Source of the DNA: Eledone cirrhosa | Taxonomy: Eukaryota | NCBI GenBank assembly: GCA_964016885.1 | Contig: OZ024750.1 | Location: forward strand, 50,530,001-50,594,000 | DNA length: 64,000 bases | Direction: 5' to 3' | Part shown: positions 23,403-36,271 of the stretch, piece by piece | Position numbering within the stretch: position 1 is the first letter of the stretch | Layout: each line of letters begins with the position of its first letter | Translations under genes and position numbers: made by a program | Notes under the pieces: model-generated | What the model was told of the DNA's origin: nothing | What the model saw: only the letters and a program-made list of their open reading frames with translations | The model's database searches: none

Positions 23403-23560
23403 CTAAATAGACGAGTTGAGAAAACTTTGGCTTCGTCTCTATTATGCTTTGGAGAACTTTTCAGATTTTTCTGAGAAAACCAACTTCCAATTGTTGAATT
23501 CCGTCCATCAAAAACCAAATCGACCTCGGCTTTTTCATGATTGTAAATCACCAGTTTAAC
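23403..23560 (-). CDS. Host gene exon 3: VKLVIYNHEKAEVDLVFDGRNSTIGSWFSQKNLKSSPKHNRDEAKVFSTRLF
   Basis: Acceptor ttattttgttAG, phase 0. Donor AG|GTATGT, phase 2. 158 nt, open frame. Confidence 0.8.
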
Positions 23561-23696
23561 CTAACAAAATAACAACATATATATATAGAGAATTGTCACA
23601 GCAGTGTTATCATAGGTTCTTTCATTCTGTCCTTCGCTTATAATCCAGGATTAGATATTTATGATTCGTTATTTAATGGTGATACATATTTCTGAT

Positions 23697-23850
23697 AATT
23701 GTTTCTATTTTTGGCACAATGCCAGCAATTAACTCAGTGCATTACTGGTACATTATTTTATCGACCTCGTAAGGATGAAAGACAAATTTAACATCGGCGG
23801 GATTTGAATTAAGACCGCAAAGGGTCATAACTCTTTGCTGCCAATCCACC
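23697..23850 (-). mobile_element. SINE copy with internal deletion
   Basis: Same family motifs as the copies above. Confidence 0.8.
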
Positions 23851-24254
23851 AATAATGGAATATGTACAGAGAAGAAGAATTGTTGCAAGGTATCTATTTT
23901 TGAAGCTTTCGTTAAATTTTAGTATGCTATATCTGTAACTATGAGTGATTGCAAGGTTTACAAATTGTCCCCTGTCAATGTTTCATATGTTTATTTTATA
24001 TATGCCAATCGACATTTAATTTATATGTATATATACATATACATATAAATAAAGTTAGTCCTTCATCAGTGATCTTCCAACCATAATTGGTATTTCATCG
24101 CTTTAAAGACCATATACCTCTTTATTCATATGTAACCCATTAGCAACCAGGCAGCACGTTTATTCTCATATACATATATATATATATATATAAACGGAAA
24201 CAATGAAACGAAATTTCATTTCTCATACTTATACATATATATAAAGATATATAT

Positions 24255-24459
24255 ATATAACAAAGGAATTGTGGTAAGGAACCAGATGGACCATAATACA
24301 CCAGAGTACTCAATACTTAGTGTAGTAGAGTGGGTAATAAGAAAATGCATGACCCTAACGGCAGAGCACAAGCCGTTTTGACGGCTATTTCTGGAACAAG
24401 AATGGTCCAGATATAGCCGTCGAACCGGCTTGAGCTCTACCGTTGGGGTCATACGTTTT

Positions 24460-24465
<6 letters not shown>
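24255..24465 (-). mobile_element. Diverged fold-back element (same family as 26490-26703)
   Basis: Imperfect palindrome at 24338-24463; its tail is the reverse complement of 26618-26703. Confidence 0.75.
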
Positions 24466-24540
<75 letters not shown>

Positions 24541-24542
<2 letters not shown>

Positions 24543-24968
24543 TTGCTGTAGTGGAGTCTGTGCTGCTGTATGGGTCTGAGACTTGGACACTGACCAAGAG
24601 ACTCACTCAGATGGTGGATGGGTGCTACACGAGAATGCTAAGGATAGCTCTGAACATTAATCAGTATACACTGAGGATGAAAGACTCAGAGCTGTATGGG
24701 AGCATCCCAAAAGTCAGCTCAAAAGTGACACAGAGGAGACTGAGGTTGGCTGGACATGCTCACCGACATCCAGAGTTGACATTGCACTCAGTGCTCCTTT
24801 GGGAGCCCCTACATGGACACACTAGAAGAGGAAGACCAAGGTTAACATATGTTGATGCCCTAAGGACAGACACTGGTCTGTTGGAGATGCAGGATATGGC
24901 AGCGATAATGAGGGACAGAGACCGCTGGAGAGAACTCGTCCATGGATCTCGGGAATTTTACCCGCCTT

Positions 24969-24970
<2 letters not shown>
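24541..24970 (+). mobile_element. RTE-group LINE 3' fragment within (TA)n
   Basis: VESVLLYGSETWTLTK..DGCYTRMLRIALNI..RRLRLAGH..RRGRPRLTYVD. Confidence 0.85.
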
Positions 24971-25018
<48 letters not shown>

Positions 25019-25109
25019 CAACTCACTCAACAAACATTAGGAAATAAGTGATTATATTCCTAGTTCGGGGTGCTAACTAAAAGTGTTGCGTGGAAAATTG
25101 GCTGTATTA

Positions 25110-25267
25110 TTTCATATGAGACATATCTAATATATCTCTTCCTAGACGGATGTCTCGTTTCATTATAGGATTCCTACAATTTGGGTTAAATTATACCAAT
25201 TTATGTAGGAGCTGGTATACCATCAATAGATATATATTCAAGTGGGGCCCTATAATTCATCAGTGGG
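25110..25267 (-). ncRNA. Hammerhead-like motif with extended stems II and III
   Basis: Minus strand: CTGATGA-ATTATAGG...CCTATAAT-GAAA-CGAGACAT...ATGTCTCAT-A-TG. Stem II is 8 bp and encloses ~80 nt. Stem I is short, probably disturbed by the local duplication CAGTGGGTGCCCCAT x2. Confidence 0.55.
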
Positions 25268-26286
25268 TGCCCCATCAGTGGGTGCCCCATATTTGTGTAT
25301 AGTGGTAGCTATGGTGCTTCCTTAGGTGGTATGCCAAAATTAGCACTCGATATTCATCAGAGTAGAGTGTATATATTATCAAGAAAACGAAAAATCAGTG
25401 ATGCATCTGGACTTAGCTTATTTCGTGTTACAAATGTTTCGCCGGCATGTAGCTCGAGTCATGATCCTTGTATGGATCTGGCTGATTCTACTTCTGCGGG
25501 TTCTTTCAGACACGGGTGTTATGTCCGGAGAAAATTTTATCACTGGGGTGTTGTCATCAAAACAACACCCTAAAAAAACCCTCTATCCACTCCTGTCATG
25601 CCATTGGCTGTTTTTACTCCACATCATCACAAGTTATGGTCAGTTACTGCTGCCACACGGTTCATCAACCATTTTCCGTCCGACACATTTCAATGGAGTC
25701 ATGCTGGCTTCAGTACTTCACACGTCTGCTCACACTTCAGGGTAAGCACCCACACATACTAGAATAAACACATGCTAACACACACATATTCAGACATATA
25801 CATGTCTATGCATTCACACTCATACGTCTACATGCGCAGACACCCACACGGCCACATACATACATCGCAGTATATATACTCACACACCCTCTCTCACTCA
25901 CTCCCATAGACCCAGTGACACACAGTTGTTGATACATGCCGCCATGAGCCTTCTGACTGTTCAGTATCAATTGGGTAAGCATGTCCTATTCAAACGTACA
26001 CATAAATACATACACATGCGCGCACCCACACATATATGGCCAACCTTCTATACATTTAAATATATATATATATACACACGAACATACATACGCATATATA
26101 CATACACACATACATTCACATACAAACATATATACACGCCTGCGAATACACACGTATATATATACACACTAAGGATTTTTACATTCTGATGAATGAAAGC
26201 AAATATCGTTCGCTTTCAAGCAGCCACTGATAAACGAAATAATTATCTGATGTTGTTCATTAGATAACTATATATATACATATACA

Positions 26287-26361
<75 letters not shown>

Positions 26362-26489
26362 CACATACATACATACACAAAAGTAAATTCACACATGTCC
26401 GCACACACATACGAACACATACGTACATAAACATTGTCTACACACGTACCTACACACACACATAAATATATATGTATATATATATATAT

Positions 26490-26701
26490 ATAGGAACAAG
26501 TAAGACCCCGACGGCTGAGCTCAAGCCGTTTCGACGGCTAATTCTGTACCTAATGTTGGTACAGAATTAGCCGTCGAAACGGCTTGAGCTCAGCCGTCGG
26601 GGTCTTACTTGTTCCTATTACCCACTCTACTACCCTAAGTATTGAGTACTTTGGTGCGTTATGGTCCACCTGGTTCCTTACCACATTTCCCATTTCCTTC
26701 G

Positions 26702-26703
<2 letters not shown>
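26490..26703 (+). mobile_element. Perfect 61-bp-arm fold-back plus tail, containing the 3' half of an HHR
   Basis: Arms 26490-26550 and 26558-26618 with loop TAATGTT. GAAACGGCT-tgagctc-AGCCGTC-GGGGTC corresponds to GAAA / stem III / GUC. Confidence 0.8.
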
Positions 26704-26754
<51 letters not shown>

Positions 26755-26964
26755 CACATACATACAAACAAGGAAAAAGGACAACTGAACATGCATACGC
26801 ACATCCACACATATACATATGCCGATATACGTACATCTACACATGCTGCCGCATGTACACACCTGCACGCATGCACATCTGCCTACACACACAGAAGGGG
26901 CACCGCATATACATATGTACATATATAAACACACCTGTAAGTGAACAGCTGAAAATACATTATG

Positions 26965-27465
26965 TAATAAAAAACAGTATAATAACATAAAACAGTATAA
27001 TAACATAAAACAGTATAATAACATAAAACAGTATAACAACATAAAGCAGTGTAATAACATAAAACAGTATAACAACATAAAGCAGTGTAATAACATAAAA
27101 CAGTATAACAACATAAAGCAGTGTAATAACATAAAACAGTATAACAACATAAAGCAGTGTAATAACATAAAACAGTATAACAACATAAAGCAGTGTAATA
27201 ACATAAATGTTTCTACTTTAGGCACAAGGCCAGCAATTATCCAGTGCATTACTGGTACTTTATTTTATCGACCCCGTAAGGATGAAAGGCAAAGTCAACC
27301 TCGGCGGGATTTGAACTCAGATCGTAAAGGGACGTAACTATGCTGGAAAGCATGGTGTCTGACCCTCTACCGATACTGCCAATCCACCGCCCTTGTAATA
27401 ACATAAAGCAGTGTAATAACATAAATCCACCGCAGTGTAAAAACATAAAGCAGTGTAATAACATA
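26965..27465. repeat. 18-bp minisatellite (AAACAGTATAACAACATA / AAGCAGTGTAATAACATA) surrounding a SINE
   Basis: Direct tandem units before 27207 and after 27392. Confidence 0.9.
27207..27391 (-). mobile_element. Well-preserved tRNA-derived SINE
   Basis: A box TGGCAGTATCGG, B box GAGTTCAAATCC, Meta-like core, 3' end GGCCTTGTGCCTAAAGTAGAAACA. Confidence 0.9.
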
Positions 27466-28063
27466 AGAAAAATATACAATAAAATATATTATATACAATG
27501 TGATATATATTTACATACATTCCCCTTGTTTTTCATATATATTTACCTCAACTGCGATTATCTGTTTCTCTCTTCCTCTCTTACTGCTCCCCCGTTCTCT
27601 CTGTTTTTCTTACCTTCTTTCACCCTCTCTGTCAGTTACACTTTTTTCTCTCGACTGACCTCTTCCTCGCACTTCCACTCACTCACTCTCTGTTTCTCCC
27701 CTTCTCACTTCCTCCCGTTCGTACTAGTGGGGTTTCTTCTTTCTCACACCGCACTCACGGCGTACGGTCTGCTTCTCTGACCGCCATGAAATTCACCCAG
27801 TTCATGCTGATCGGATAACTACCATGTGGCTTGCTGTTTTCCAACCTTCGGTTTGCTTTTCCTTCTGTTGTTTACTTGCCTCACTCGCTTTACGCGTTTC
27901 ACTTATCCCAATAGCTTATTTTAGTTATTGCTCGCACCAACCTGAGGTATCTGATTTTTAATGCGATGAAGTACCAATGATGGTTGGCAAAATCACTGAT
28001 GAGGGACTAATTTTCTAATATGTAATCCATGTGCAACCATGCAGTATTCTTCTTCCCCTTGTT

Positions 28064-28118
<55 letters not shown>

Positions 28119-29381
28119 CCTATTATACACACATACACACACACACCCACACACCCACACGCACCTACGTATATATATACACACACACATACACAGACGC
28201 ATACGTACACAGACTCATACGTACATATACGCATGTATACGGGTATGTATAGAGGGTATGTGATAAAATAATACAACATGAATAATAATAATAAGGAAAA
28301 AAAACATATATAGTCCATATATAAACATCCGCACACATTCCCCAGAGATGCACATGAACACATACATGTTTGCACAAATAAATATACACACATATAGAGG
28401 CACGTAAATGCATGCACCTGCACCCACACACACATTCACATATATACACCCATACACATCCACACATATATACACACACTTACCCGCCCGCACACGCCTA
28501 CTCATATGTGGCTATACGTACTTACTCACTCATACACATATAGATATATATATATATGTATACATATATATGCTCATATATAGACACACGTATACACACA
28601 CCCTCACACACACACATACACCCACATTCTGCCACATATGTATATATATGCACATGTCTGCACATACAGGCGCGCATAAGCTCGTGCACCCACGCACCCA
28701 TGTCCATACACACACCCCAACACCCACGCATATATATATACACACATACATACGCATCTACACACACACACAAGCACATATACCCACACACATGTTTTCA
28801 CACATAAAAAAATTGTGAACATAAACACAATATGATAATAAAATAAAATATGTAAATAAATTTACAATATTTTAGGGTACATTAAATCTGTATGTAACTG
28901 CATAAAGGTACAGGAAAAGAAGCGGTAAAATAAAGGAACCGGTAAAATAAAAGAGAAAAAAAAACAAAAAAACGAAAAAAAACGGGGGGGGGGGGGGATA
29001 CAAGAGAAGGTCCGTGCGTCCATGTGACGTACTACACACAGGCATTATGAGATGCAGGCTCGTGTCCGTGTATACAACAGGTAACAGTATCAAAACAATG
29101 ATATAACAATATTAACAATCACTTTTCCAAAGTGGAGTAGGTGTAGAGTATATAGTCACGATTGACGGTGTACACATTCAATGTGACGCCCGCCACGGTC
29201 GCCAGGGGGCATGGTACCGTGTCTGGGGTGTCCTGTTCTAAACGTTTAGTGCACAGGTCCGGACGGCAGTGGGTCACGTGTCAGCCTGTCCCGGCCCATG
29301 CAGTGCATCTTCCAATATTGCGTGCCCGGTCACGTGCGCACCCGGTCTACATATGATTGCCCCGTGGGTCGGACGTCGTCA

Positions 29382-31453
29382 TCATGGTATATCGTCAGGT
29401 CCCCTAATTCCGCTAGGCCAATCGGGTCTGTACTTTCTCATTCTTGTGCCCCCTGAATGTGTCACTCGGCGGATTCTATGCTGCAAAAGTGCATCTCTCT
29501 GGTGTCTGCATGTCATCATAATTTCAGACTTCAGGTTGACGGCGTCATCCTTCAGTCTGACTATCTCCATGGCCTCGTGTAGGCACAGTCGGCACTTTCT
29601 ACTTCCGGCCGTATATGCACGCGCGTGGCGAACGATACTCCGTTCCAGGGCGTGGTCTTTCATATCCCACACCAGGTCCGCTAACCTAGTGGAGTGCCTT
29701 TTGCTACGGTCCCTGAAGGAATTCGTGTGATTATACATCCGCGATTTAAAGGTCGTGGATGTTGCGCCTATGTAGATTCGATGCGCATTCTGGGTCGTAA
29801 CCACACACTTTTATACTAGATCCTTCATTAAGCATTTTCCCTGTAGGGGGCACTGGGTGCCCGCTCTACAGTTGCAAGTTCTGCTGTCAATTCTTGTGTG
29901 TCCGATGTCCGGGCCCCGATCTGTAATGGCCCTCGCAGGGTTCTCAGTGTGCTGCACCGCCGACACATTTGTCCCCCCACCATGCCACTATTTCCCTCAC
30001 AGTGTTGGACCATATCACTCTCGACAGGCGCTCTGGTCGCCTCGGAGGGCGGGTTGTCATTTGAAGGCAGGTCCCTAGGTGGTTCTCCGCGCTCCGAAAC
30101 ATGGTTACTCTGTCGGCGCGGTTGACGGCCAGTGAGCGGCATCTTCACCGCGTTAGTTCTAGCCATGTAGTCGGCCATATTCGGCGCTGTGGAGAAGGAA
30201 AATTTCACCGTGTGGCTGTTGAAGATTGTGTGGTACTTATTTGTCGTCGGAAAGCACTCATCGAGCGCTCGGAAGAAAAGTCCCGGCACGTTGGTGCGTA
30301 CATGTTTAGAGTAAGGCGCATTGAACCAGGTAACGGCCTTAGATCTGTTCCTTCGTGTGCGTGGATTAATGTTGTTGTGTCTAGGGCTCGGTGCCGGCCG
30401 AGTGCTCTGCCCCACCTCAATTTCGTCTTGTGTGTTGTCCCTGTCTTTTAGACTGCTACGTTCGTCGTGGTTATGTTCTACAGTTATAAATTTACGTCGT
30501 TCTATGTGGTCATCTATACGCCTATTCCCCTTCGGTCTATGTGATGCTATTGTCAGTGCTGTGGCACTAGAACTAGGCTGTTCGGGCTCCGTGGCGTGTG
30601 CCCCGTTTTTATTTGTCGAAGTTCTGTCCAAGGTCCCAGTTTCCACCGAGTATGCAGTGTGCGAGCCATGCCTATGCCTCCGCACAACGGGTGGTCTGGC
30701 TCCCATGGGGGCCTTAGTCCTATCTCTGGTCGGTCCTGTGTCATTAAAGTTAGTATTGTTGTTATTTGTGTTCCTGGCTACTGCTACCGGGTCAATTCTT
30801 CTACCTAGGGAGGCGCCCCCAATATTGGCATTTCTGCACGCCATATCGTTAGGCTCTACTCTATCTGGGATATGTACTATGGTGTCTTTGTAACCGGCCC
30901 TGGGCAGTGCCTCGTTATAATATTCGGCGTGCTGTTTAAACACTTCTGCGTTCGACGACAGGGTGGATACGCGTTTTGACACCCCTTTAACTATGGCTTC
31001 TATGACTGACTTAGGGTGATTTGATTGCCTGTTCACATATTGCAGGTTTTCGTTGGGCTTATGGTACGGTCTGTGGATGCCCGTATTCATTTCCAAGGTA
31101 ACGTCCAGGAAATTGACCGTCTTAGTGCTAGTGACAATTGTCACGGATAAGCCGTATTGTTTAAAGAAATGCGATATGCGTTTCCTCAAGCGCTCCATCT
31201 GACTGGGGTTAAGGGAACGGAAGGTGAACAGGGCCTCGTCTCTGTATATTCCACCTCCAATCCCCGGGATCTCCTCCGTCAGCGTATGGATGAGATATAT
31301 CCCCACCAGGTCGGTCACCTGTGCCGAGTCAGTTGACCCCATGGTGATATCGAAACTGTCGCGTCTGTCCCTCCTCTCCCATAACTTCTTTCTGGCTGCT
31401 ACTATGAGGTTGGTCTCGTCCCTAGTGAAGCTCGATCTGGCCATGGCGCTTAT
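29382..31453 (-). pseudogene. 5'-truncated Naiad-type RT + GIY-YIG ORF
   Basis: ITMGSTDSAQVTDLVG, GGIYRDE, VNFLDVTL, VTWFNAPYS. After a frameshift: CNCRAGTQCPLQGKC..LV*KC, IYIG, CRLC, CRH. Confidence 0.9.
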
Positions 31454-31577
31454 TATTTGCTTTCATTCATCATAATGAAAAAATCCTAAGTGTGTATATA
31501 TATGTGTGTATACGCAGGTGTGTATATATGTATGTATGTGAATGTATGTGTGCATGTATATATGCGTATGTATGAGC

Positions 31578-31620
<43 letters not shown>

Positions 31621-32317
31621 AATGTATAGAAGGTTGGCCGTATATGTGTGGGTGCGCGCATGTGTATGTATTTATGTGTACGTTTGAATAGGACATGCTT
31701 ACCCAATTGATACTGAACAGTCAGAAGGCTCATGGCGGCATGTATCAACAACTGTGTGTCACTGGGTCTATGGGAGTGAGTGAGAGAGGGTGTGTGAGTA
31801 TATATACTGCGATGTATGTATGTGGCCGTGTGGGTGTCTGCCCATGTAGACGTATGAGTGTGAATGCATAGATAGGTATATGTCTGAATATGTGTGTGTT
31901 AGCATGTGTTTATTCTAGTATGTGTGGGTGCTTACCCTGAAGTGTGAGCAGACGTGTGAAGTACTGAACCCAGCATGACTCCATTGAAATGTGTCGGACG
32001 GAAAATGGTTGATGAACCGTGTGGCAGCAGTAACTGACCAGAACTTGTGATGATGTGGAGTAAAAACAGCCAATGGCATGACAGGAGTGGATAGAGGGTT
32101 TTTTGAGGGTGTTGTTTTGATGACAACACCCCAGTGAGAAAATTTGCTCCGGACATAACACCCGTGTAAGAACCCGCAGAAGTAGAATCAGCCAGATCCA
32201 TAGAAGGATCATGACTCGAGCTACATGTCGGCGAAACATTTGTAACACGAAATAAACTAAGTCCAGATGCATCACTGATTTTTCGTTTTCTTGATTATAT
32301 ATATATATATATAACAA

Positions 32318-32770
32318 AATTAGAATTTAGCTTCGAGCATAGCTGTATAGAGATATGTATTAGAATGTCGTATTTCTAAAGAAATACGATATGTTTGTAA
32401 ATAAACATTTAGAAAGCCGTAGCTATGCAAAAACACCACCGGCTATCGCCACCTGACGATATCCAGCAGAATCGAGGGGGACAGTCGACGATGCGCATTG
32501 CGACCTGAACTGGTCCTCGTCAGGACGCTCTCCCCCGCTCTTGCAACTGCTGGACTTTGTAAATAGGCGAGAGTATATAGTTTTCTCGTCTATGTAAATG
32601 AGGTAATTAATCTCATTTGCATATGACACTGTCTTAGTTGGCTCAACTTATAATAGAATAGAATTAGGATTTACCTTCGAAAATAGCTGTATGCAGATAT
32701 GTATAGAAATTTCGTATTTCTAAAGAGAAGCCCTAGTTATACAAAACCACCAGTGGTTATCGCATCCTGG
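32318..32770. repeat. Diverged tandem duplication (~345-bp period) enclosing a degenerate HHR
   Basis: AATTAG.ATTTA.CTTCGA..ATAGCTGTAT..AGATATGTAT..TCGTATTTCTAAAGA at ~32318 and ~32662. Confidence 0.65.
32485..32528 (-). ncRNA. Degenerate minimal hammerhead (GAAA->GCAA)
   Basis: Minus strand: GCGTC-CTGACGA-g-GACC(agttca)GGTC-GCAA-TGCGCA-TC-GTCG. Stem III is the palindrome ATGCGCAT. Confidence 0.55.
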
Positions 32771-33059
32771 TTGTGTCCAGAAGAAGCAATGGGGCCAACC
32801 GTCGATGGCAAATGTTAGTAAGGGCCTTATTAACAGTGAGAGAGAATTGAACACGCCTGTTCTCGGTGAGAATGGCGTAAAGAGAGTGACAGGCGAAGGG
32901 AACGGATGTTGTAAGAGGCAGAGAGGGGGAGAAAGAGAGAGGGGATGAGTGAGGGGGAGAGAGAGAAATGGAGAAAAGGAGTGGAGGAAAGAAAAGAGTC
33001 AATCCCAAAAAGTCGTGAGACATATGATCGGAATAAAAAATCAGGATTTGGACACCATG

Positions 33060-34313
33060 ACCCACTCAAGTAGAGAGTTATTGTTTACGGAGACATATCC
33101 AGGTCTAGGAGGTTTATCCGGGATTTCTTGAAGGAATTTTCCAAAGACTTCTTGAACTTTATGGGGTTTGTTTCTGTTTTAATGTATTTTGGTGAAATGT
33201 TAAAGAAAGCGGGGCCAATTGAGGTGAAATAATTGTGCCGTATTGTTGTTATGAGGTGCGAGTGAGATTTTTGTTGTGGGCGGATAGCACGGGGCACAAG
33301 CCTTTGGTGTACATTAAATCTGATGCCAACATCATTTGGGAAATGCTGATGGAATATTTTCCACATCATGCAGATGATGTAGTGGTCACTGCGACGTTGG
33401 AAAGAATAAGGTTTCAGTTTTTTTAGTCGCCCCCAATAGTCAAGGCCTGACATGCCATCTATATTTTCGTGATTGACCTTTGAGGCCCGTCAATTTTCAT
33501 GATACTTTATTACGTGTGGGGAGAGCAGGGTGGACAAAACTATTCAAGGTGGGGTCGGGCAAAAGTGGGGAAGAGAAGGATAATAGTGTGGATAACTTTC
33601 GACTGGAAGGTTTTGATAATCCAGGAACTCATTATGCAGGCCAAGTCAATTATGCTGTTGTCCAAAATTACTCACAAGTCTCTGATGTTGTTGGATACCA
33701 AGAGAGTTTCACCCGAAGGAAGGGAGTATGGGAGTTTCAGGATATCGTATTTTCCAAAGTGGATTAACTCAAATTGATCCTAGTTCAGAAGCATATTGTT
33801 CTTTTCAGCCCATTGGGTAACAGCCAGTAGATTTGATTGGAGGAATATCCTTTCACTCATGCTATTGATGACCTGCTGGAACTTGGAATCATTTGCGAAG
33901 ATTTTTTATCCTGCTTTGCTTGATGTCCTCAGTAATGGCATTAATATAGATAATGAAAAGAAGTGGGCCCAAGACAGTGCCTTATGGGACACCACTACTG
34001 ACTTTGGCTGGGCTGGATTTTAATCCTTCGGCTAAACATGTTGGTCTCTGTTTGTCAGGAAACACTTGATCCGCTGTAATAACTTTCCAGTGACACCGAT
34101 GTTGGATAGTTTTCTCAGTAGAATGTTTGTGATCAACACTGTCAAAGGGCTTGCTGAAATCAAGGTAGATGACATCAGTGTTGGAGCTCTCTCCCAAAGC
34201 TCTCAAAATGTCATGAAAGTGATGTAGTAGCTGCGTAATGCAATCCCTTCCATTACGGAACCCATGTGGGTTGGAGTTCAGCAGATTGTTGATTTCCAGA
34301 AAGTGAGTTATTC
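33060..34313 (-). mobile_element. CR1-clade LINE 3' fragment (RT), degraded
   Basis: HGFRNGRDCITQLL, DVIYLDFSKPFDSVDH, SSGVP*GTVLGPLLFIIYIN, LDYWGRLKKL..QRR. Confidence 0.85.
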
Positions 34314-34340
34314 GTATATATATATATATATATTCGTATA

Positions 34341-34468
<128 letters not shown>

Positions 34469-34744
34469 CGTGTGTGTGTGTGTGTGTGTGTGTGCGTGTG
34501 TGCATGTGCATGTGTGTGTTTGTGTGTGTGTCTGTGTGTCTTTCTCTGTGTTATTAAATATGTATATATGTGTTTGTTTGTATATGTATATATGGCAACT
34601 GTCGTCATTGAAATATGTATTACACTCTTATTAATAAAGGAAGTCAAAATCTGAAAGCACTTAGCATTTACTTATATATAGCTTTGATAGGTTTTACCCC
34701 AGGCCATGTCTAACTTAATAGCACCACGACAACATATATATATG

Positions 34745-35095
34745 ATGGCTGTCCCCTCGTTATCGAGTATGGCCATTGCACGATATACCATTTTTAATAA
34801 TTATTAATTAATTATATCGTGCAATGCCTGTGCGTGAAGATATTTTTTTAAAGTGAGGAAAGACTGTGCACTGAGCCAATATTCGCTCTCTGAGCGACAG
34901 TAGCTAAAACCCGAAAAGAAGAAAAGATCAACATCATCGGTAAAAACTGAGCCGCAGGTTTTATATCGGAGTTATCCCAGTTTCCTGAGTTGCCTTCTCC
35001 TAGAAGAATGCCCTGACAAAGGCCGGGAGTCATTCTCTCCCAGTAGTTTAACCGCGCGATCGGGTGTCCAGCTCGACTATTACTATGTCCCCGCG
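34745..35095 (-). mobile_element. Bipartite non-autonomous RTE-derived element (5' UTR joined to 3' UTR)
   Basis: RTE-5'UTR-like CTAGGAGAAGGCAACTC...ATAAAACC is joined to 3' stem-loops (CATTGCACGATATA/TATATCGTGCAATG at 34774-34826; CTCG-ataa-CGAG). Family assignment is from recall. Confidence 0.5.
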
Positions 35096-35530
35096 TATAT
35101 GCATACACATGCACCCATGTATATACACATATACATATACATACATAGGTACATGCGTATATGCATATTTACACACTTTTGGATGGCCATTGACTTTCAT
35201 GAGTTATTCCGCCCTTTGTCAGGTTTTGTTTATTATCCTGCTGGGTGTCCAAAATTACTCTCCTCACCAAGTATACTTGATGGGGTTGCCGGTTTAGTTT
35301 CCGACGACCCGACCATGCGACAGTTTATACTGGGTTACATGATACCAGTAGCACTCAAGAGTGACCTGACATATATATATACATACATACATACATACAT
35401 ACATACACACATACATACATACCTACATACATACATGCATACATACATACATACATACATACATACATACATACATACATACATACATACATACATACAT
35501 ACATACATACATACATACATACATACATAC

Positions 35531-36197
35531 AGCAGCTGACAATAAATGTAGGCTATGTAAAACAAAGATCGAGGATGTAAGCCACATGGTTGCCAGCTGC
35601 CAAATAATGTCATCTCGCTACTACCTCCCCATGAGACACGATGGGATAGCTAGAACCATCTAGAACGCACTTGGGAAAACAAAGTTAACAACAAACGAGA
35701 GGAATATATTGAGACAGATGGCACTAAGGAATACTGGTGGAACCTGAAAATAAAAACTGCCACCAAATTAAAGCACAACCGGCCTGATATTGTTGTTTGG
35801 GACCACCCATTGAAAACGTGTTCTGTTGTGGAGATCAGCTGCTCACTTGATGCAAACGTTGTAAGAAAAATACAGGAGAAGGAGGACATCTACGGACCAT
35901 TGATGACGAGTTTACAAATCCAGTATCCAAGATACACCTTTAGCTTCATACCCATTATTATTGGAGCTACGGGTTATATACCAACCCGCTTGGACCAAAG
36001 TATGACTGAACTTGGATTTGCGGACAAAAAGCGCAGCTCCCTAATTCATAGTCTACAAATGGCTGCGATAGCTGGCACCTTCAACATTTGCAAAACATTA
36101 TTGCGATTCAAGGGATCACAATTTCTTTCCTTTTACAACCTTGCCACCAGGAAGGTGGCTGGTCAAAAAAATATACTCGAAATTAAGAGAAAGAGAT
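35531..36197 (+). mobile_element. RLE-type (R4/Dong-like family C) 3' fragment inside (TACA)n
   Basis: RHDGIA..WWNLKIKT..HNRPDIVVWD..VVEISC..KEDIY..IPIIIGATG; (TACA)n on both sides. Confidence 0.8.
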
Positions 36198-36271
36198 ACA
36201 TACATACAAACATACATACATACATACATACATACATACATACATACATACATACATACATACATACATAC

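Larger units (their letters stand above)
25015..32300 (-). mobile_element. Naiad-like Penelope element 2 with ~4.4-kb 3' region and ~840-bp 5' inverted segment
   Basis: 31454-32300 is the reverse complement of ~25370-26205 with a few % divergence. RT-GIY-YIG at 29382-31453. HHR-like motif near the 3' end. (TA)n at both boundaries. Confidence 0.8.

Noticed and set aside
27300-27391. tRNA gene
   Set aside because: The A/B boxes belong to the SINE head; there is no full cloverleaf and it is fused to the SINE core.
26965-27465. CRISPR-like regular array
   Set aside because: Contiguous 18-bp units with no unique spacers, no cas genes, and eukaryotic context.
27940-28070. HHR at CTGATGAGGGACTAA (homologue on - strand at ~24050-24120)
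   Set aside because: Only the 5' core is present; no properly placed stem II/GAAA/stem III. At most a relic.
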